NCBI GenBank assembly: GCA_041739415.1
Contig: JBGSNU010000005.1
Coordinates: forward strand, 192,028-256,027
Origin: Bdellovibrionales bacterium
Lineage (GTDB): Bacteria > Bdellovibrionota > Bdellovibrionia > Bdellovibrionales > UBA1609
Direction of reading: 5' to 3'
Length of the DNA: 64,000 nt
Shown here: positions 10,512 through 20,395 of the stretch, in pieces
Layout: the number at the start of each line of letters is the position of its first letter
How positions within the stretch are numbered: the first letter of the stretch is position 1
Notes under the pieces: generated by a model
Told to the model about the DNA's origin: nothing
Database searches by the model: none
What the model saw: only the letters and a program-made list of their open reading frames with translations
Program-made: the position numbers and the translations under genes

Positions 10512-11480
10512 CTAGCGTTGCAGAGCCTTGTTAAACTCCTCAGTCAGTTTCGGCACGACCTCAAAAAGGTCTCCGACGATTCCATAGGTGGCCTTTTGAA
10601 AAATAGGTGCCTCTGGATCCTTATTGACGGCAACAATAACTTTACTCGCACTCATCCCGGCCAGATGTTGGATGGCTCCCGAAATTCCTACAGCGATGTA
10701 AAGGCTGGGTGCCACAGTCTTACCGGTTTGACCCACTTGCATACTATGCGAAACCCACCCGGCATCAGCTACTGCGCGTGAGGCGCCCACAGTCGCCCCG
10801 AGTGAAGTCGCCAGATCCTCCAAAAGCTTAAAGTTGTCTGCATTCTGAAGGCCTCGCCCACCTGAAACTATAATATTCGCCTCTGTTAGGTCGACCTTTG
10901 TGGAACCGCCCTTAACCAACTCTTTGCACTGCACCTTTCCAGACACAGTGGGTGCCGGAATCTCTTTTACCTCTGCTACCAAGGTCGTATTGCTTTGGCC
11001 GAGGGGAAGCTGATTCGGTCGCATCAAGATGAATTTTAGGGGGCTATTTACAAATTCAACTTCAGCCGTGCACTTACCGGCAAATAGGGGTCTGCGCGCT
11101 TTCACGTCGGTGGCCGTCAGTGTCAGTGTTGTGCAATCGTTGGCCAAGCCGCTATTGTATCGTGCCGCCACTCGAGGAAACAAATCGCGAGTCATCGAGC
11201 TGCTCGAGGCCAAAACAAGATCCGCACCTGACTGCTGGATCATGGAGTGCACCACCTCAGCGAAGCCTTCTGAGTTGTAGTGCTTCAGTGAAGCCGCTTC
11301 GCAGACGTAAGCCATTTTAGCGCCGGAGTGTGCGGCCTTTTTTGCCAGCTCCCGCGCGTCGCTCCCGATGGCGCCAACAATCACTTCGCGACCTGAGTTT
11401 TGAGCCGCATTTAGCAGCTCTAGGCTCCCCTTTTTAAGATCTGTGCCATTGCCTTCGATAAATACAAATACTTTACTCAT
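10512..11480 (-). CDS. etfA: Electron transfer flavoprotein subunit alpha
   Basis: C-terminal FAD-binding region ADAGW...[26 protein letters not shown]. The ATG at 11480 is preceded by GAGGAG. The longest ORF extends to 11510. Confidence 0.92.
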   Translation of the reverse strand: MSKVFVFIEGNGTDLKKGSLELLNAAQNSGREVIVGAIGSDARELAKKAAHSGAKMAYVCEAASLKHYNSEGFAEVVHSMIQQSGADLVLASSSSMTRDLFPRVAARYNSGLANDCTTLTLTATDVKARRPLFAGKCTAEVEFVNSPLKFILMRPNQLPLGQSNTTLVAEVKEIPAPTVSGKVQCKELVKGGSTKVDLTEANIIVSGGRGLQNADNFKLLEDLATSLGATVGASRAVADAGWVSHSMQVGQTGKTVAPSLYIAVGISGAIQHLAGMSASKVIVAVNKDPEAPIFQKATYGIVGDLFEVVPKLTEEFNKALQR

Positions 11481-11490
11481 TGGTTGCTCC

Positions 11491-12264
11491 TCACAAAACT
11501 TTTGCTTCATCCATTAATAGGCGCACTAATTCTTTGGCTTGAGTTGCGGCATCGCCGGTCAGCATTTTTACTTTTGGCTTTTCCGGCGGCAGTTGAAAGT
11601 CCTTCAGGCGAATTTTCATCTGCTCTTGGTTCAGCCCAAGATCGGCCAGGGCCACCTCTTTCAGTGGTTTTTTCTTGGCCTTCATTATTCCTGGGAGGCT
11701 GGCGTAACGGGGAGAATTGAGACCCTTGTTGGCGGAAATTACACACGGCGTTTGTATTGCGTGAATCTCGCGAGCACCGCCCTCGACCTCTCGCTCAACC
11801 ACAAAACCATTGTCAACCGTCACCTTCGTTGCAACGGTAACGTGAGGAATATCTAGAAACTCGGCAACCATTTGGGGAACACTTGCGGCGTTGTCGTCAA
11901 TCGCCAGCTTGCCTGCGAAAATCACGTCAAAAGACCCCTCATTTTTAATTGCCGCAGCTATGGCCTTAGCAGTCCAATATGAGTCGAGTGATTCGTTTGT
12001 GTCGACCACGACCGCATCGTCTGCTCCCATGGCCATTGCTGTTCTAAGCGCATCGGTGACTCGACCCTTAGGGCCGACGCTCACGACGGTCACTTGTCCC
12101 TGGCCCTTAGCCTCTCGCAACTTCAAAGCTTCTTCTATCGCGAGTTCATCGTAGGGGTTGATCACCCACTTTAGTCCCGCCTCTTCGATACCCGACTTGT
12201 CAGGCCGAAGTTGAATGCGGGACTCAGTGTCCGGCACCTGTTTTAAACAGACAAAAATTCTCAT
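11491..12264 (-). CDS. etfB: Electron transfer flavoprotein subunit beta
   Basis: N-terminus MRIFVCLKQVPDTE...INPYDELAIEEALKL is characteristic of EtfB. It lies directly upstream of etfA. Confidence 0.92.
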   Translation of the reverse strand: MRIFVCLKQVPDTESRIQLRPDKSGIEEAGLKWVINPYDELAIEEALKLREAKGQGQVTVVSVGPKGRVTDALRTAMAMGADDAVVVDTNESLDSYWTAKAIAAAIKNEGSFDVIFAGKLAIDDNAASVPQMVAEFLDIPHVTVATKVTVDNGFVVEREVEGGAREIHAIQTPCVISANKGLNSPRYASLPGIMKAKKKPLKEVALADLGLNQEQMKIRLKDFQLPPEKPKVKMLTGDAATQAKELVRLLMDEAKVL

Positions 12265-12402
12265 TTAATACTCTCCGCGTTAACGAGGACATTCATCTTA
12301 TACGAGTCATTGATCCTTTGTTTCTTCTTGGTATATAGTTGAAAGTCAATCGATAGTCATCAGAGGTTAACTCTTAGGATTACTTAACGGGCGCTGTCGC
12401 GA

Positions 12403-13143
12403 GTGAGCCACTTGGGAGCGGCAGTTGAGTATCGAGCTCAGAACAAGGTCGTCAAAATGCAAAATCAATCTGGGTGCATGAAAAGTTTAGGTCCATGGTT
12501 GAGATCCAACATTGGTCGCAAGCAACTTATTGGGATTACAGGGTTGGGCCTCAGCGGATTTGTGCTCACGCACATGCTGGGCAACATGCTTATTCTAGTG
12601 GGCCCTAAGGCTTACAATGAGTATGCCCACGCTCTCATCACCAATCCCCTTTTGATTCCGGCGGAGATCGCTCTTCTAGCGATGTTTGTCGTGCACATGG
12701 TTCTAGCGATGTTAATGGCTTTGCAAAGTCGTCGCGCGCGAGTCACTCAGTATGCGGTTGCCGCACACGGGCCGAAGGGCACGTCGATTGTGCAAAAGAG
12801 TCTTTGGGCCCAAGGGCTTTTGATTTTAGTTTTCATGATTCTTCATTTGATCACGTTTAAGTACGGCACGGTTTACATGGCAGATTATGGCAACGGAGAA
12901 ATTCGTGACCTCCATCGGCTCGTCATCGAGACGTTTCAAAGCCCGATTTACTCAGCCTGGTACATTGTTGCTGTGGCCGTCCTTGGCCTGCATTTGAGTC
13001 ATGGCTTTGGATCCACCTTTCAGTCCTTAGGATTGCACCATGTTCGCTTACAAAAACCTTTGCGGACCCTGAGCATCGTCTACGCATTGATCGTGGCAGC
13101 AGGTTTCATTTCACAACCGCTTTATGTACTGTTGAATCAATAA
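12403..13143 (+). CDS. sdhC: Succinate dehydrogenase/fumarate reductase cytochrome b subunit (single-subunit, b558/type-B style)
   Basis: Five predicted TM helices with conserved His residues (LTHMLGNM, VVHMVLAM, ILHLITF, GLHLSHG). It precedes sdhA/sdhB and there is no separate sdhD. The likely true start is ATG 12457 or 12478. Confidence 0.85.
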   Translation: MSHLGAAVEYRAQNKVVKMQNQSGCMKSLGPWLRSNIGRKQLIGITGLGLSGFVLTHMLGNMLILVGPKAYNEYAHALITNPLLIPAEIALLAMFVVHMVLAMLMALQSRRARVTQYAVAAHGPKGTSIVQKSLWAQGLLILVFMILHLITFKYGTVYMADYGNGEIRDLHRLVIETFQSPIYSAWYIVAVAVLGLHLSHGFGSTFQSLGLHHVRLQKPLRTLSIVYALIVAAGFISQPLYVLLNQ

Positions 13144-13155
13144 CCGAGGCACCTT

Positions 13156-15090
13156 ATGGCAGACGCAAAATCGACTTTGGATTCAAATGCTCCCACCGGG
13201 CCCATTGAAAAGCGCTGGGATTCACATAAGTTCAACATGAAGTTGGTGAGCCCCGCCAACAAAAGAAAACACACGGTCCTCGTTGTAGGGACAGGTTTGG
13301 CGGGTGCATCTGCAGCTGCAAGCTTGGCCGAGCTTGGCTACAAAGTGAAGGCGTTTTGCATTCAGGATTCAGCACGACGGGCGCACTCGATTGCCGCGCA
13401 AGGTGGAATCAACGCCGCAAAGAATTATTCGAATGACGGTGACTCTGTTTACCGGCTTTTTTACGACACAGTTAAGGGTGGAGACTTTAGAGCGCGTGAG
13501 TCTAATATTTACCGCCTTGCTCAAGTCTCGACTTCGATCATCGATCACTGCGTAGCTCTTGGCGTGCCGTTCGCGCGGGAGTACGGGGGGCTGTTGGACA
13601 ATCGATCGTTTGGTGGAACTCAGGTCTCACGCACATTCTATGCTCGAGGTCAGACGGGGCAGCAGCTTCTCCTTGGAGCTTACTCGGCTTTGAATCGGCA
13701 AATTGATAAGGGCGAAGTCGAGATGCTGGCTCGGCGTGAAATGCTCGATTTGGTATTGGTGAATGGCGTAGCTCGGGGAATCACCGTGCGCAATGTAGTC
13801 ACCGGCGAAATTGAGTCGCATGCGGGCGATGCTGTGGTCTTGTGTACGGGTGGATATGGCAACGTCTATTTTCTCTCTACGAATGCGATGAATTCAAATG
13901 TGACAGCGTCGTGGCGCTGTCATCGCAAGGGCGCGTTTTTCGCCAACCCTTGCTTCACTCAGATTCATCCCACATGCATTCCACGATCTGGCAGTTACCA
14001 GTCTAAGCTCACTCTGATGTCTGAGTCGTTGCGCAACGACGGACGAGTTTGGGTGCCAAAGGAGAAAGGCAACAAGCGCCGCCCCCAGGACATTCCAGAG
14101 TCTGAGCGAGACTACTATCTCGAGCGAATTTATCCGAGCTTTGGCAATTTGGTTCCAAGGGATGTGGCCTCCAGGCAGGCAAAATTCAGAGTCGATGAAG
14201 GCCGCGGTGTCGGCGCCACTGGAGAGGCCGTGTATTTAGATTTTGCAGATGCAATTCGGCGATTGGGCAAAGATGCCGTGGCAGAAAAGTATGGCAATCT
14301 CTTCGACATGTATCGACAAATTACAGATGAAAACCCCTACGAGCTACCAATGCGGATCTTCCCCGCGGTCCATTACACGATGGGCGGCCTTTGGGTGGAC
14401 TACAATTTGATGAGCACTATTCCGGGCCTTCATGTTTTGGGTGAGGCTAACTTCTCTGATCATGGAGCAAATCGACTCGGCGCCTCGGCCCTCATGCAAG
14501 GCCTTGCGGACGGGTTTTTTGTTATACCCTACACGCTGGGCAATTACCTTGCCTCGACGACTTTGCCCAAGGTCGATACAGCTCACGATGCTTTCAAGGC
14601 CAGCAAAGAAGAGGTTCGATTGCGCCTACAAAAGATGTTGGGGATCAAGGGCACGCGAACCGTCGATGATATTCATAAAGAGTTGGGCAACATCATGTGG
14701 AACCACGTGGGCATGTCTCGCAATGCAATTGGTCTGAAGTCTGCGATTTCTGAAATTGGGCAGCTGAGACAGCAATTTTGGAATGATGTGAAAATATCGG
14801 GCGAAGCCAACTTCAAGAACAGTGAATTGGAAAAAGCTGGTCGAGTCGCAGACTTTTTAGAGTTGGGTGAGTTGATGGCAGCAGATGCGCTCAATCGAGA
14901 GGAATCCTGTGGCGGACACTTTCGCGAAGAGTATCAAACACCAGATAACGAAGCTTTGCGCGATGACACTAAATTTTCGCACGTTTCCGCTTGGGAGTTT
15001 GGTGGAACACCAGACAAACCGAAGTGGGATGAGCATTGTGAGCCATTAAAGTTTGAGTACGTGCACCCCAGTCAGAGAAGTTATAAATAA
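13156..15090 (+). CDS. sdhA: Succinate dehydrogenase flavoprotein subunit
   Basis: Dinucleotide fold [14 protein letters not shown], covalent-FAD His context [14 protein letters not shown], and HYTMGGL. Confidence 0.96.
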   Translation: MADAKSTLDSNAPTGPIEKRWDSHKFNMKLVSPANKRKHTVLVVGTGLAGASAAASLAELGYKVKAFCIQDSARRAHSIAAQGGINAAKNYSNDGDSVYRLFYDTVKGGDFRARESNIYRLAQVSTSIIDHCVALGVPFAREYGGLLDNRSFGGTQVSRTFYARGQTGQQLLLGAYSALNRQIDKGEVEMLARREMLDLVLVNGVARGITVRNVVTGEIESHAGDAVVLCTGGYGNVYFLSTNAMNSNVTASWRCHRKGAFFANPCFTQIHPTCIPRSGSYQSKLTLMSESLRNDGRVWVPKEKGNKRRPQDIPESERDYYLERIYPSFGNLVPRDVASRQAKFRVDEGRGVGATGEAVYLDFADAIRRLGKDAVAEKYGNLFDMYRQITDENPYELPMRIFPAVHYTMGGLWVDYNLMSTIPGLHVLGEANFSDHGANRLGASALMQGLADGFFVIPYTLGNYLASTTLPKVDTAHDAFKASKEEVRLRLQKMLGIKGTRTVDDIHKELGNIMWNHVGMSRNAIGLKSAISEIGQLRQQFWNDVKISGEANFKNSELEKAGRVADFLELGELMAADALNREESCGGHFREEYQTPDNEALRDDTKFSHVSAWEFGGTPDKPKWDEHCEPLKFEYVHPSQRSYK

Positions 15091-15105
15091 AAGCCTTTTC
15101 AATAG

Positions 15106-15885
15106 GTGGCGGCCATGAAAGAAAAATCAGCAGGGATGAATTTAAAACTTAAAATCTGGCGTCAGGCCGGACCCGACGTTGCTGGAGAGTTTTTTGAATT
15201 CAATGCCAAGGGCATTCACGGAGACATGTCGTTTTTAGAAATGCTAGACGTGGTCAACGGAGAAATTGTCGCTTCAGGTGGGACCGCCGTAGAGTTTGAT
15301 CACGACTGCCGTGAGGGAATCTGTGGCTCGTGTTCGTTGGTTATTAACGGCAATCCCCACGGCCCTCAAGTGGCGACGACAACTTGTCAGCTGCACATGC
15401 GTAAATTCAAAGACGGTGACGAAATTGTAATTGAGCCCTTTCGTGCGAGGGCCTTCCCCATTGTGCGTGACTTGGTGGTAGATCGGTCGGCCTTTGATCG
15501 AATTCAAAGAGCCGGCGGCTTTGTGTCTGCAAACACTGGCGCCGCCCCTGACGGCAACGCCATACCTGTCCCCAAGGCAAACGCGGATCTTTCCTTTGGT
15601 GCCGCAATTTGTATTGGCTGCGGTGCGTGTGTTGCCGCCTGTAAGAACGCGTCCGCATCTCTTTTTGTATCGGCCAAGCTCTCGCACCTCGCCCTGTTGC
15701 CACAGGGCCAGGCGGAGCGCGACGCGCGTGCTTTGCGCATGGTGGCACAGATGGATGAGGAGGGCTTTGGGGGTTGCAGCAACACGGGGGCGTGTTCTGC
15801 TGTCTGCCCAAAAGAGATTAGCCTTGAGAATATAGCCCGAATGAATAGAGAATTTTCTCGCGCTGCCGCGAAGCGACGCGAATGA
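15106..15885 (+). CDS. sdhB: Succinate dehydrogenase iron-sulfur subunit
   Basis: Three Cys clusters: [20 protein letters not shown] and [12 protein letters not shown]. The start is GTG 15106 or ATG 15115. Confidence 0.95.
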   Translation: MAAMKEKSAGMNLKLKIWRQAGPDVAGEFFEFNAKGIHGDMSFLEMLDVVNGEIVASGGTAVEFDHDCREGICGSCSLVINGNPHGPQVATTTCQLHMRKFKDGDEIVIEPFRARAFPIVRDLVVDRSAFDRIQRAGGFVSANTGAAPDGNAIPVPKANADLSFGAAICIGCGACVAACKNASASLFVSAKLSHLALLPQGQAERDARALRMVAQMDEEGFGGCSNTGACSAVCPKEISLENIARMNREFSRAAAKRRE

Positions 15886-15904
15886 TAGAAATTTAAGCAA
15901 TTTC

Positions 15905-15926
15905 TAGGGCCGCGGGATCGGCCCTA
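15905..15926 (+). terminator. Stem-loop after sdhB (possible terminator, no U-tract)
   Basis: Perfect 8-bp stem TAGGGCCG-cgggat-CGGCCCTA, 20 nt after the sdhB stop. Confidence 0.4.
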
Positions 15927-16287
15927 CCCATAGTGTTCTAGACCTTTGGCCCAACCACCCATAGCTAGTTATGAACATCTACCCCCAGGTTTATCCACAT
16001 TTTTTGCCTCAGTTTCGAATTGGAACTGGACCTAGGTCTGTCAGCAACCAACGATTTTCGTTTATCAGCAATACAACAGATTGCATTTTTGATTTTGGTG
16101 CCTAGGCGAAGAGTGTGGGATTTGAATCTCTTCTTTTAACCATAAAAAAATATTCATTGCACCTAAAGTCGTGGCTGGTACCATTTTGGAACTGAAACGA
16201 AAAGGCGCTGATGGATCAGCAATCCCATCATGGATGACGGGGCTACTCTTCAAAAAATTTTAGCTGTTCAATGACGAACGGAGGACT

Positions 16288-17937
16288 ATGCGACAGGGAT
16301 ACGTCACTAGCTTCAGTGTAATTTTATTAACCGCTCTGACTTTGAGCACACAGGCGCGCGCGGAAACTCATCCAGCCGTTCCCGGTCAATATATAGTGAA
16401 AGTTAAAGGCACCAAATTGTTTGCATCGACAGGTGCAAAGCAGATTATGGGCGCGAGAGTTTTGGAGTCAATATCTCCCGACCTAGGCTTGGTTCTAGTT
16501 GAACGTCCAATTGTCGAAACTGCAGCTTCTGTTGTTGCAACTCTCTCGCAAGACCCCTCTATAGAATATGTTGAACCCAACTATATCTATTCAGTCGTGG
16601 GGACCGAAGTTTCAATGCCCGCAGAACCAGACTTTGGTCGCCTTTGGGGTTTAAAGAATGAAGGTCAAGTCACGAGTGGTGACCAAGGGTCGATAACCGG
16701 CACAGCAGGAATCGATATTGGTGCGATTGAAGCGTGGAAGATCCAAACAGGCTCACGAGATGTGGTTGTTGCCGTCATTGATACTGGAGTCGACTATCGA
16801 AATCCAGATTTAGCTGCCAATATTTTTATAAATGAAGCCGAGGCCAATGGTGTTGCGGGTGTTGACGATGATGGAAACGGATACGTTGATGATGTGCACG
16901 GCTACGACTTTGCCTACAACGATGCAGATCCCATGGATGACTTTGGTCATGGAACGCACGTTGCTGGGACCATCGGCGCAGACGCTAGCAACGGCACTGG
17001 TATAGTTGGCGTAGCGTGGAAGGTTTCAATCTTACCCGTGCGGTTTTTAGACTCCAGGGGAAGCGGGACTTTGGCGAACGCCCTCAAGTCAGTCGACTAC
17101 GCAACCAAAATGCGCGTCACTATTATGAACAACTCTTGGGGCGGCGGCCCATTTAGCCAGGCCTTACTCGACTCTATCGTAAAGGCAAAGGACCAAGGCA
17201 TTCTCTTTGTCGCCGCCGCTGGGAACAACGGCAGTAACAACGACAAAACACAGTTCTACCCAGCCAATTATCAAGTGGATAACGTAGTATCTGTAGGAGC
17301 CGTCGCACCAACGGGCAGGCTCGCTAGTTTTTCAAATTACGGGTTAACAACTGTTCACGTTTCTGCACCGGGTGTAAATATTCTCAGTCATAACACCCAA
17401 GGCTTAGCTGCGTGGTCAGGAACTTCAATGGCTGCGCCCCACGTCGCCGGCATAGCGGCTCTGCTGTATTCACACGAGCCACTAACTTACTTGCAAGTCA
17501 AAGATCGAATCATGCGGACGGGGTTGCCCATTCCCACCCATAGTGGTCGAACAATCACAGGTCGAATTGCGAGCGCGCACTATGCCTTGTTGAACACGCC
17601 TCCGCCAGAGAATGCAGACGATCCGTCCAAGTGGCCGAAGGATATGCAGAGTGTATCGACTGAGCACCCCTATCCCAATGCGACTAAGCGCGAGTGGACA
17701 TTCAAAGTGCCAGGTGCAACTCGTGTGGCTTTGCACTTTTCGAAATTTGAAACCGAAGCACAGTATGATGTGGTTGAGTTTCGTGATTCAACCGGAAAGT
17801 CGCTTGGCACACTCAGTGGTGAGGCCAGCAACTCGTTCAGTCCCGTGGCTGAAGGGGACACCATTGTGATGTCACTGACCAGCGATGGGTCGGTAAATAA
17901 ATACGGTTTTGATGTAACTGGCGTTGCCTACAAATAG
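16288..17937 (+). CDS. Secreted S8 subtilisin-like serine protease with a C-terminal CUB-like beta-sandwich domain
   Basis: Signal peptide (..TQARA), an inhibitor_I9-like propeptide, and the catalytic triad VAVIDTGVD / HGTHVAGTIGA / GTSMAAPHVAG. The C-terminal ~105 aa are CUB-like. Confidence 0.9.
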   Translation: MRQGYVTSFSVILLTALTLSTQARAETHPAVPGQYIVKVKGTKLFASTGAKQIMGARVLESISPDLGLVLVERPIVETAASVVATLSQDPSIEYVEPNYIYSVVGTEVSMPAEPDFGRLWGLKNEGQVTSGDQGSITGTAGIDIGAIEAWKIQTGSRDVVVAVIDTGVDYRNPDLAANIFINEAEANGVAGVDDDGNGYVDDVHGYDFAYNDADPMDDFGHGTHVAGTIGADASNGTGIVGVAWKVSILPVRFLDSRGSGTLANALKSVDYATKMRVTIMNNSWGGGPFSQALLDSIVKAKDQGILFVAAAGNNGSNNDKTQFYPANYQVDNVVSVGAVAPTGRLASFSNYGLTTVHVSAPGVNILSHNTQGLAAWSGTSMAAPHVAGIAALLYSHEPLTYLQVKDRIMRTGLPIPTHSGRTITGRIASAHYALLNTPPPENADDPSKWPKDMQSVSTEHPYPNATKREWTFKVPGATRVALHFSKFETEAQYDVVEFRDSTGKSLGTLSGEASNSFSPVAEGDTIVMSLTSDGSVNKYGFDVTGVAYK

Positions 17938-17952
17938 GCTATCATGATTTTA

Positions 17953-17980
17953 CGCCCACATTTTTCGTAAGATGTGGGCG
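17953..17980. terminator. Hairpin between the convergent protease and hydrolase genes
   Basis: Perfect 9-bp stem CGCCCACAT-ttttcgtaag-ATGTGGGCG. It lies 15 nt after the protease stop and abuts the hydrolase stop. Confidence 0.55.
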
Positions 17981-18853
17981 CTACTTTTGCCGACTCAAAA
18001 ACTTTTCAATTTTCAGATTCACAAGCTCCGGCATATCAAGTTGCGTGCAGTGTGAGCCATAGGGCACCATAAAAAAATCGCTGCCCTTTATCATTTGGTG
18101 CATTTCTTCTTGATGCTTCTGTGGGGTAACAGAGTCTTGTTTGCCACCGATGATAATGGTGGGAACTAGGATGCGGCCAAGTACCGATCGGCCATTGTAA
18201 TTCAACATACTTTGGAACAATTCAATAAACGCACTTAGGTCCAAACTCGAAATTCCTCGAGCATAAATTTCAATATCCTTTAGGCTGGTGAGTTTGATAT
18301 TGAATCCCCCCGCCATTGCGCTCAACTGAATGGCTAGAGGATTTTTCACAGCCGCTCGAAACAAAAGAGACAGTGTTTCGGGCAAAGTCTGATAGCCAGT
18401 CTTAAATAGATTAAAAAAGTTTTGCGTGAGATCGGTGCCAAACATCCCGCTCAATGGATTTTGAGAAAAGCCATTGATGAAGACGAGGCTTTGCACTCGT
18501 TCCGGATACAAATCATAATAGCGAATTAAGAGCTCAACGCCAAAGCTGTGCCCCCACATACTGGCTTGAGGTAAATCAAGATGGTTCATCAAGCTCGTGA
18601 TATCTTGGGCCATGGCATCAATACTTAGATTGTCGCGATTCTCTGGAATCTCTGACCTATGGTGCGCCCGATAATCATATACAATCACTTTATGTGTCTT
18701 CGAAAAGTGCTGAATTTGGTGGTGCCAGTGGTTGATCACGCAACCGATACCATAGTTCAATACAATCGGCGGCCCCTCGCCGCGAGCTTCGTAGTAAATG
18801 CGGGTTCCATCAAAACTTCGGAACGTGCCAACATCCTTGTTCACTAAATTCAT
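17981..18853 (-). CDS. Alpha/beta-fold hydrolase
   Basis: 290 aa. HG oxyanion region (VLNYGIG), nucleophile elbow GHSFGV and a C-terminal His (YGSHC). Confidence 0.8.
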   Translation of the reverse strand: MNLVNKDVGTFRSFDGTRIYYEARGEGPPIVLNYGIGCVINHWHHQIQHFSKTHKVIVYDYRAHHRSEIPENRDNLSIDAMAQDITSLMNHLDLPQASMWGHSFGVELLIRYYDLYPERVQSLVFINGFSQNPLSGMFGTDLTQNFFNLFKTGYQTLPETLSLLFRAAVKNPLAIQLSAMAGGFNIKLTSLKDIEIYARGISSLDLSAFIELFQSMLNYNGRSVLGRILVPTIIIGGKQDSVTPQKHQEEMHQMIKGSDFFMVPYGSHCTQLDMPELVNLKIEKFLSRQK

Positions 18854-19707
18854 TCTATAAAGCCCACTTCGATCAAAGTTTCATGAATCCCAATTGTATC
18901 TCCCACACGCAGCAATTGTCTGTCTATAGGACGCCCGTTTAAAAGGACAAGATCTTTTTGGGTTGTCTCAAACCAAACGCCCACATCATCTGGAATAAGC
19001 TCAAAGCAAAGTGCTGGCGCCCCGGGCTCTAGAATGGGTAGATCCATCGAGGCCGCCCCAACCTGCCTTGGTCCGTAGCCCAGTACCCAGTGAGAGTTAA
19101 TTTGCAGACCGCGCACAAAGTCCAAAACAACGGCGGGCTGGAGTGGGCGCACCTCGCGAGGCCTGACCTTCATAAGTGGATGGTTCTTTTCAAGAAACTC
19201 CACAAGAATTTCATTCCAAATTCGCGTTTTCGGTTTGGGCATTACAACGGGAGACGCAACCTCCGGAATCACCTCGGGTACAGGCATTGCGGGGACCTCG
19301 ATTGGTGGCGTGGCGGCCTGTGGAACTGCGGACGTCAGGTCGGGCGGGACCTCAGGTGTCGGTGGCACGGGGGGGGGCACTATGAGAGGGGCTCCAGGCT
19401 GAGTCTCCTCAAGGCTTTCATCAACCATTTCAACGACTTCAAACTCTAGGTCGCCTATTGAAAAGGTCATTCCAAGGGAGAGAATGAAAGACTCCTGCCT
19501 CTCTCCGTGGATGCGCACTCCATTCTTAGATTTATTGTCTTCTATGCACCACTCGCCGGAGTTGCGTCGCAAAATTCGGGCGTGAATGGAAGAGGCCTTT
19601 GGGTCCGCAGTGACCACATCGCCAAGCCGTCCGAGCGTCAGCCCCTCCCGAATCTGAAAAACCTGATTTAATAGGGCACCGGTTAGCCCCTTAATGGCCC
19701 AATTCAT
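18850..19707 (-). CDS. FHA-domain protein (N- and C-terminal FHA-like modules joined by a proline-rich linker)
   Basis: N-terminal FHA pattern LTLGRL.....SS.HARI......W.IED..SKNGV..... A PxxP-rich middle. The C-terminus VLLNGRPI...LRVGDTIGI is also FHA-like. Confidence 0.7.
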   Translation of the reverse strand: MNWAIKGLTGALLNQVFQIREGLTLGRLGDVVTADPKASSIHARILRRNSGEWCIEDNKSKNGVRIHGERQESFILSLGMTFSIGDLEFEVVEMVDESLEETQPGAPLIVPPPVPPTPEVPPDLTSAVPQAATPPIEVPAMPVPEVIPEVASPVVMPKPKTRIWNEILVEFLEKNHPLMKVRPREVRPLQPAVVLDFVRGLQINSHWVLGYGPRQVGAASMDLPILEPGAPALCFELIPDDVGVWFETTQKDLVLLNGRPIDRQLLRVGDTIGIHETLIEVGFIE

Positions 19708-19861
19708 ACTGCCTCACTCAAAGCTCAATATTCACACGTCCGGCTCCAGAAGATAAGTCCGGCTTTCGCTTGTCGGGGTCCAAACCCCATGCTAAAGCCT
19801 TGAGAACGAAAATACTCCTTGCTCCACCTTTGGTTGGGGCTGAAACCGAAAGGACGCCCAA

Positions 19862-20389
19862 ATGGCTGGTTCCAGCGCGAAAATACTGCGTAAATACGAA
19901 CTTATTGTTATTTTACACCCCGATGTGTCTGAAGAAGACCAAAAGACGTTGTTTCGCAAGAATCGCGAGATCATCCAGTCATTCGGTGGAACCATTAACC
20001 ACCTCGACACCTGGGGCAAGCGTAAGCTCGGCAACCCTATCGATCGCATCACTCGCGGCAACTATTTTCACATGACCTACGAAGGTGAGGCCGGCGCGGT
20101 GGCAGAGCTTGAGCGCACCATGCGGATTAACGATCAAGTTTTGCGCTTTCAGCACACTCGCCTTGATGATCGAATCAGCCTAGCCAAGTTCGTTGAAAAA
20201 TTTAGAGACGCTCTTGTTGAAACAGCCAACCGCGAGCGAGAGCGTGAGATTAAAAATCAGCAGCGCAAAGCGATGCGAGCCGAAGGCGCTCGTTTTGGCG
20301 GTGGTGACCGTGGCGATCGCGGTGGCGGCGACCGAGATCGTGGCGACCGAGGCGGTGATCGTGGTGAACGCGGCTCCTTCCGCGGGTAA
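19862..20389 (+). CDS. rpsF: 30S ribosomal protein S6 with a long C-terminal charged/DRG-repeat tail
   Basis: S6 core RKYELIVILHPDVSEED......G.I...D.WGKRKL.Y.I (about 100 aa). A ~70-aa extension ends in GGGDRGDRGGGDRDRGDRGGDRGERGSFRG. Confidence 0.93.
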   Translation: MAGSSAKILRKYELIVILHPDVSEEDQKTLFRKNREIIQSFGGTINHLDTWGKRKLGNPIDRITRGNYFHMTYEGEAGAVAELERTMRINDQVLRFQHTRLDDRISLAKFVEKFRDALVETANREREREIKNQQRKAMRAEGARFGGGDRGDRGGGDRDRGDRGGDRGERGSFRG

Positions 20390-20395
20390 TAAGGC

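Noticed and set aside
15274-15900. Several long ORFs (208, 134, 113 and 93 aa) overlapping sdhB on both strands
   Set aside because: sdhB is unambiguous (three Fe-S Cys clusters). The others are GC-rich shadow frames with Arg/Pro/Ala-rich products.
15991-15999. Perfect DnaA-box consensus TTATCCACA in the sdhB-protease intergenic region (a reverse copy, TGTGGATAA, lies at 26546-26554 inside ftsK)
   Set aside because: It is a single isolated box. One or two perfect 9-mers are about what chance predicts in 64 kb on both strands. There is no cluster and no adjacent AT-rich unwinding element. oriC is expected upstream of gyrB, outside the window.
16065-16253. 62-aa minus-strand ORF in the sdhB-protease intergenic region
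   Set aside because: It is short, has no RBS and no recognisable features. The AT-rich intergenic region is probably the protease promoter region.
19770-20075. 101-aa plus-strand ORF overlapping the rpsF start in another frame
   Set aside because: rpsF is unambiguous. This frame has no RBS and an implausible product.
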